From Malacoraja senta (taxonomy: Eukaryota): a stretch of DNA of 64,000 bases. Below the pieces are notes generated by a model. That model did not search any database, was not told the DNA's origin, and saw only the letters and a list, made by a program, of their open reading frames with translations. Of the stretch, positions 61,910 through 64,000 are shown piece after piece (within the stretch, counting starts at the first letter, position 1; each line of letters starts with the position of its first letter). The stretch covers positions 1,552,001 through 1,616,000 of the forward strand of contig CM075993.1 in NCBI GenBank assembly GCA_038087875.1, in the 5' to 3' direction. The position numbers were made by a program, and so were the translations under genes.

Positions 61910-62000
61910 GGACACAAAGTGCTGGAGTAACTCAGCGGGTCAGGCAGTATCTCTCGAGAAAAGGAAAAGGTGACATTTCTGGTCGAGACCCTTCTTCAGA
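61910..62000 (-). mobile_element. ~91-nt Penelope-terminus mini-element with degenerate 17-bp TSD
   Basis: CAATTGA(CC/AA)TTGCAGGT at 61893-61909 and 62001-62017. Confidence 0.72.
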
Positions 62001-62169
62001 CAATTGAAATTGCAGGTCAGGAACCGCTGAAAAAGGGTCCCCGAGTCACCAGAGACAGCAAACGTTGGGATGTGGAACACTAACTGCTGGAGGAACTCAG
62101 TAGGTCCGGCAGCATCTGCTCACCTGGATCAGGTGTGCTCCACGACTTTCAAGAGGTGGACTGGACTTT

Positions 62170-62585
62170 GCATTAGGTCCTTTGACCCAATTCATTCATG
62201 CTGACCAATGTGCCTTCCTGAGCTAGTCCCATTTGCCGATATTTGGCCCATATCCCACCCAACATTTCCTATCCATGTACCTGGCCAAGCGCCGATTAAA
62301 TATTGTGATTTTACCCACCACTATCACTCCCTTTGGCAGCTCATTCCAAATATCACCATCTGTATGAAAAAGTTGTCCTTCGGGTCCTCTTTAAATCTTT
62401 CCCCTCGTACATTAAATCTATGCCCTCTAGTTTTAGACTTCCCTACCTGAAGAGAAAGCCAGTGGCCATCCATCTTATCTCTGCTCCTCGTGATTTTATA
62501 TCGGTCTACATGGTTGTCCATTAGCCTCCTTTGCTCCAGAGAAAGCCCATCTTTTATCGTCTTGTAACGCAAGCTCTCCAGTTTC
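62170..62585 (-). mobile_element. Degenerate CR1 3' fragment
   Basis: SLEQRRL...YKI...TRGHRFNVRGERF in ORF 62324-62683. Confidence 0.7.
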
Positions 62586-63129
62586 AACAACATAATTTTC
62601 AAAAAAACAAGGAACTGCAGATGCTGGTTGACACAGAAAGACTGGGGTAACTCAGCAGGCCAGGCAGCATCTCTGGAGAACATGAATAGGTACCTTTACA
62701 GTGGTCCCAATCCGAAATATCACCTATCCATGTTCTCCAGAGATGCTGCCTGACCCGCTGAGCTACCCCAGCACTTTATGTCCTTTAGGGTCTGTGTACT
62801 TACCTTCACCTTCTGTATGTAACAGGGTGGTTGGCTACTCCCAAGATGTCCGAATGTTTAGTTGATCAGTTACATCCCGAGAAAGAGCTGTTTCTCCATC
62901 TTCTCTTGTTTGATGTGTCTCAAAGCTGAGTCAGCAGTTTTGAGGCCGTTATCTCTCGTTTCATGTGTGCTTGTAAGCCAATTACCCCGAGGCCCATTGT
63001 CCTGATAAGATTGCCAGTTGGACAACTATCTTATCTTGTCAGGACAGTCACCGCTGCTATCTCTTTGGTAATTTGGCAATTCTATCAATCATGTTAGGTC
63101 AAGTCGAGTTGAGTTTATTGTCACAGAGG

Positions 63130-63860
63130 GCAAAGCTTTACTGTGAGAGGAGCTAAGCTTAAAGAAGATGTGCAGGGGAAAATGTTCACAAAGAATTTGG
63201 TGTGTGCATGGAATATATTGCCTGGGGTGATGGTGGAGGCAGATATAATAGTGGTGTTTAAGAGTTTTTCTCTGGAGCATCAGAGGTGCAGGGAAGGCGT
63301 AATAGAAGGTTATACAATTAGGAGAGATATAGATAGGATGGACTGTCAGGGTATTTTTCTAGGGTGAAAATATTAAATACTAGGGGGCATAGCTTTAAGG
63401 CAGTAACGGTTTAAAGGAGAGTTACGAGGCATGTTTTTTTACACAGAGGTGGTAGATTCCTGGAACGTGGTGCCCGAGGGAAGTATTCTTCTTGCATATG
63501 GCGTGCACAGCCTAAAGTTGTAGGACAACTTGTTCCATTTGATCTTATTTGATTGTGCACACTAGGTTGATTGCATTCGTTGAAACAGGGCGGACCACGT
63601 GAAGGTTGCAATCTCCCTAAGGGAAGTGGTGGAAGGAGATACAGTAACATTGTTCAGGAAGCGTTTAGACAGGGTCATGAACAGGGAGGGAATGAAGAGA
63701 TATAGGCAATGTGCAGGCACACGTGCATTTTATGTTGGCATCTGCTGCCTGTCCCGCTGAGTTACGCCAGCTTTTTGTGTCTGTCATGGTCAGCACAGAT
63801 GTTGTGGGCTGAAGGGCTTGTTGCTGTTCTGTTCTGTTCTGTTTTATGTTCTTTATGGTT
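63130..63860 (+). mobile_element. Mosaic of degenerate CR1 3' fragments
   Basis: Repeated CR1 3' motifs and a TTCTG/TTCTATG-like tail. Confidence 0.6.
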
Positions 63861-64000
63861 TACTGATCAGAACTTGCAAGTCCCTTTGTGGGAGCTCTCT
63901 CCATCTCTCCTGCCGTCCGTTGTACTGTGGAGCTGGCCAAAATTATGTTTGCAATGGTGGTCTCCACCATCTCCACAGTCGGCATGGGCGGTGGGCAGCA

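Overview
Vertebrate genomic DNA, most likely a cartilaginous fish such as a skate or ray (inferred from HE1/V-SINE-type SINEs plus CR1, Rex1/Babar and Penelope repeats). One host gene is supported, a minus-strand C15orf39 homologue: CpG-island exon 1 near 27.9 kb, a 3.6-kb coding exon at 15205-11568 and a terminal exon at 7710-6707. The terminal exon unexpectedly encodes a Spindlin-type (Spin/Ssty) Tudor-like domain with an apparently intact aromatic cage. The rest is dominated by transposons. These include a DIRS1 tyrosine-recombinase retrotransposon (37864-42400) with complete ITR/ICR termini, ATT at both junctions and candidate splice sites for gag and YR; a ~1-kb solo LTR with a foamy-virus-like layout flanked by an anomalous 56-bp duplication; Penelope GIY-YIG fragments; and about 25 short Penelope-terminus repeats carrying a hammerhead-ribozyme-like core, several inserted alone with their own TSDs. 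All family assignments come from motif recognition; no database searches were run.
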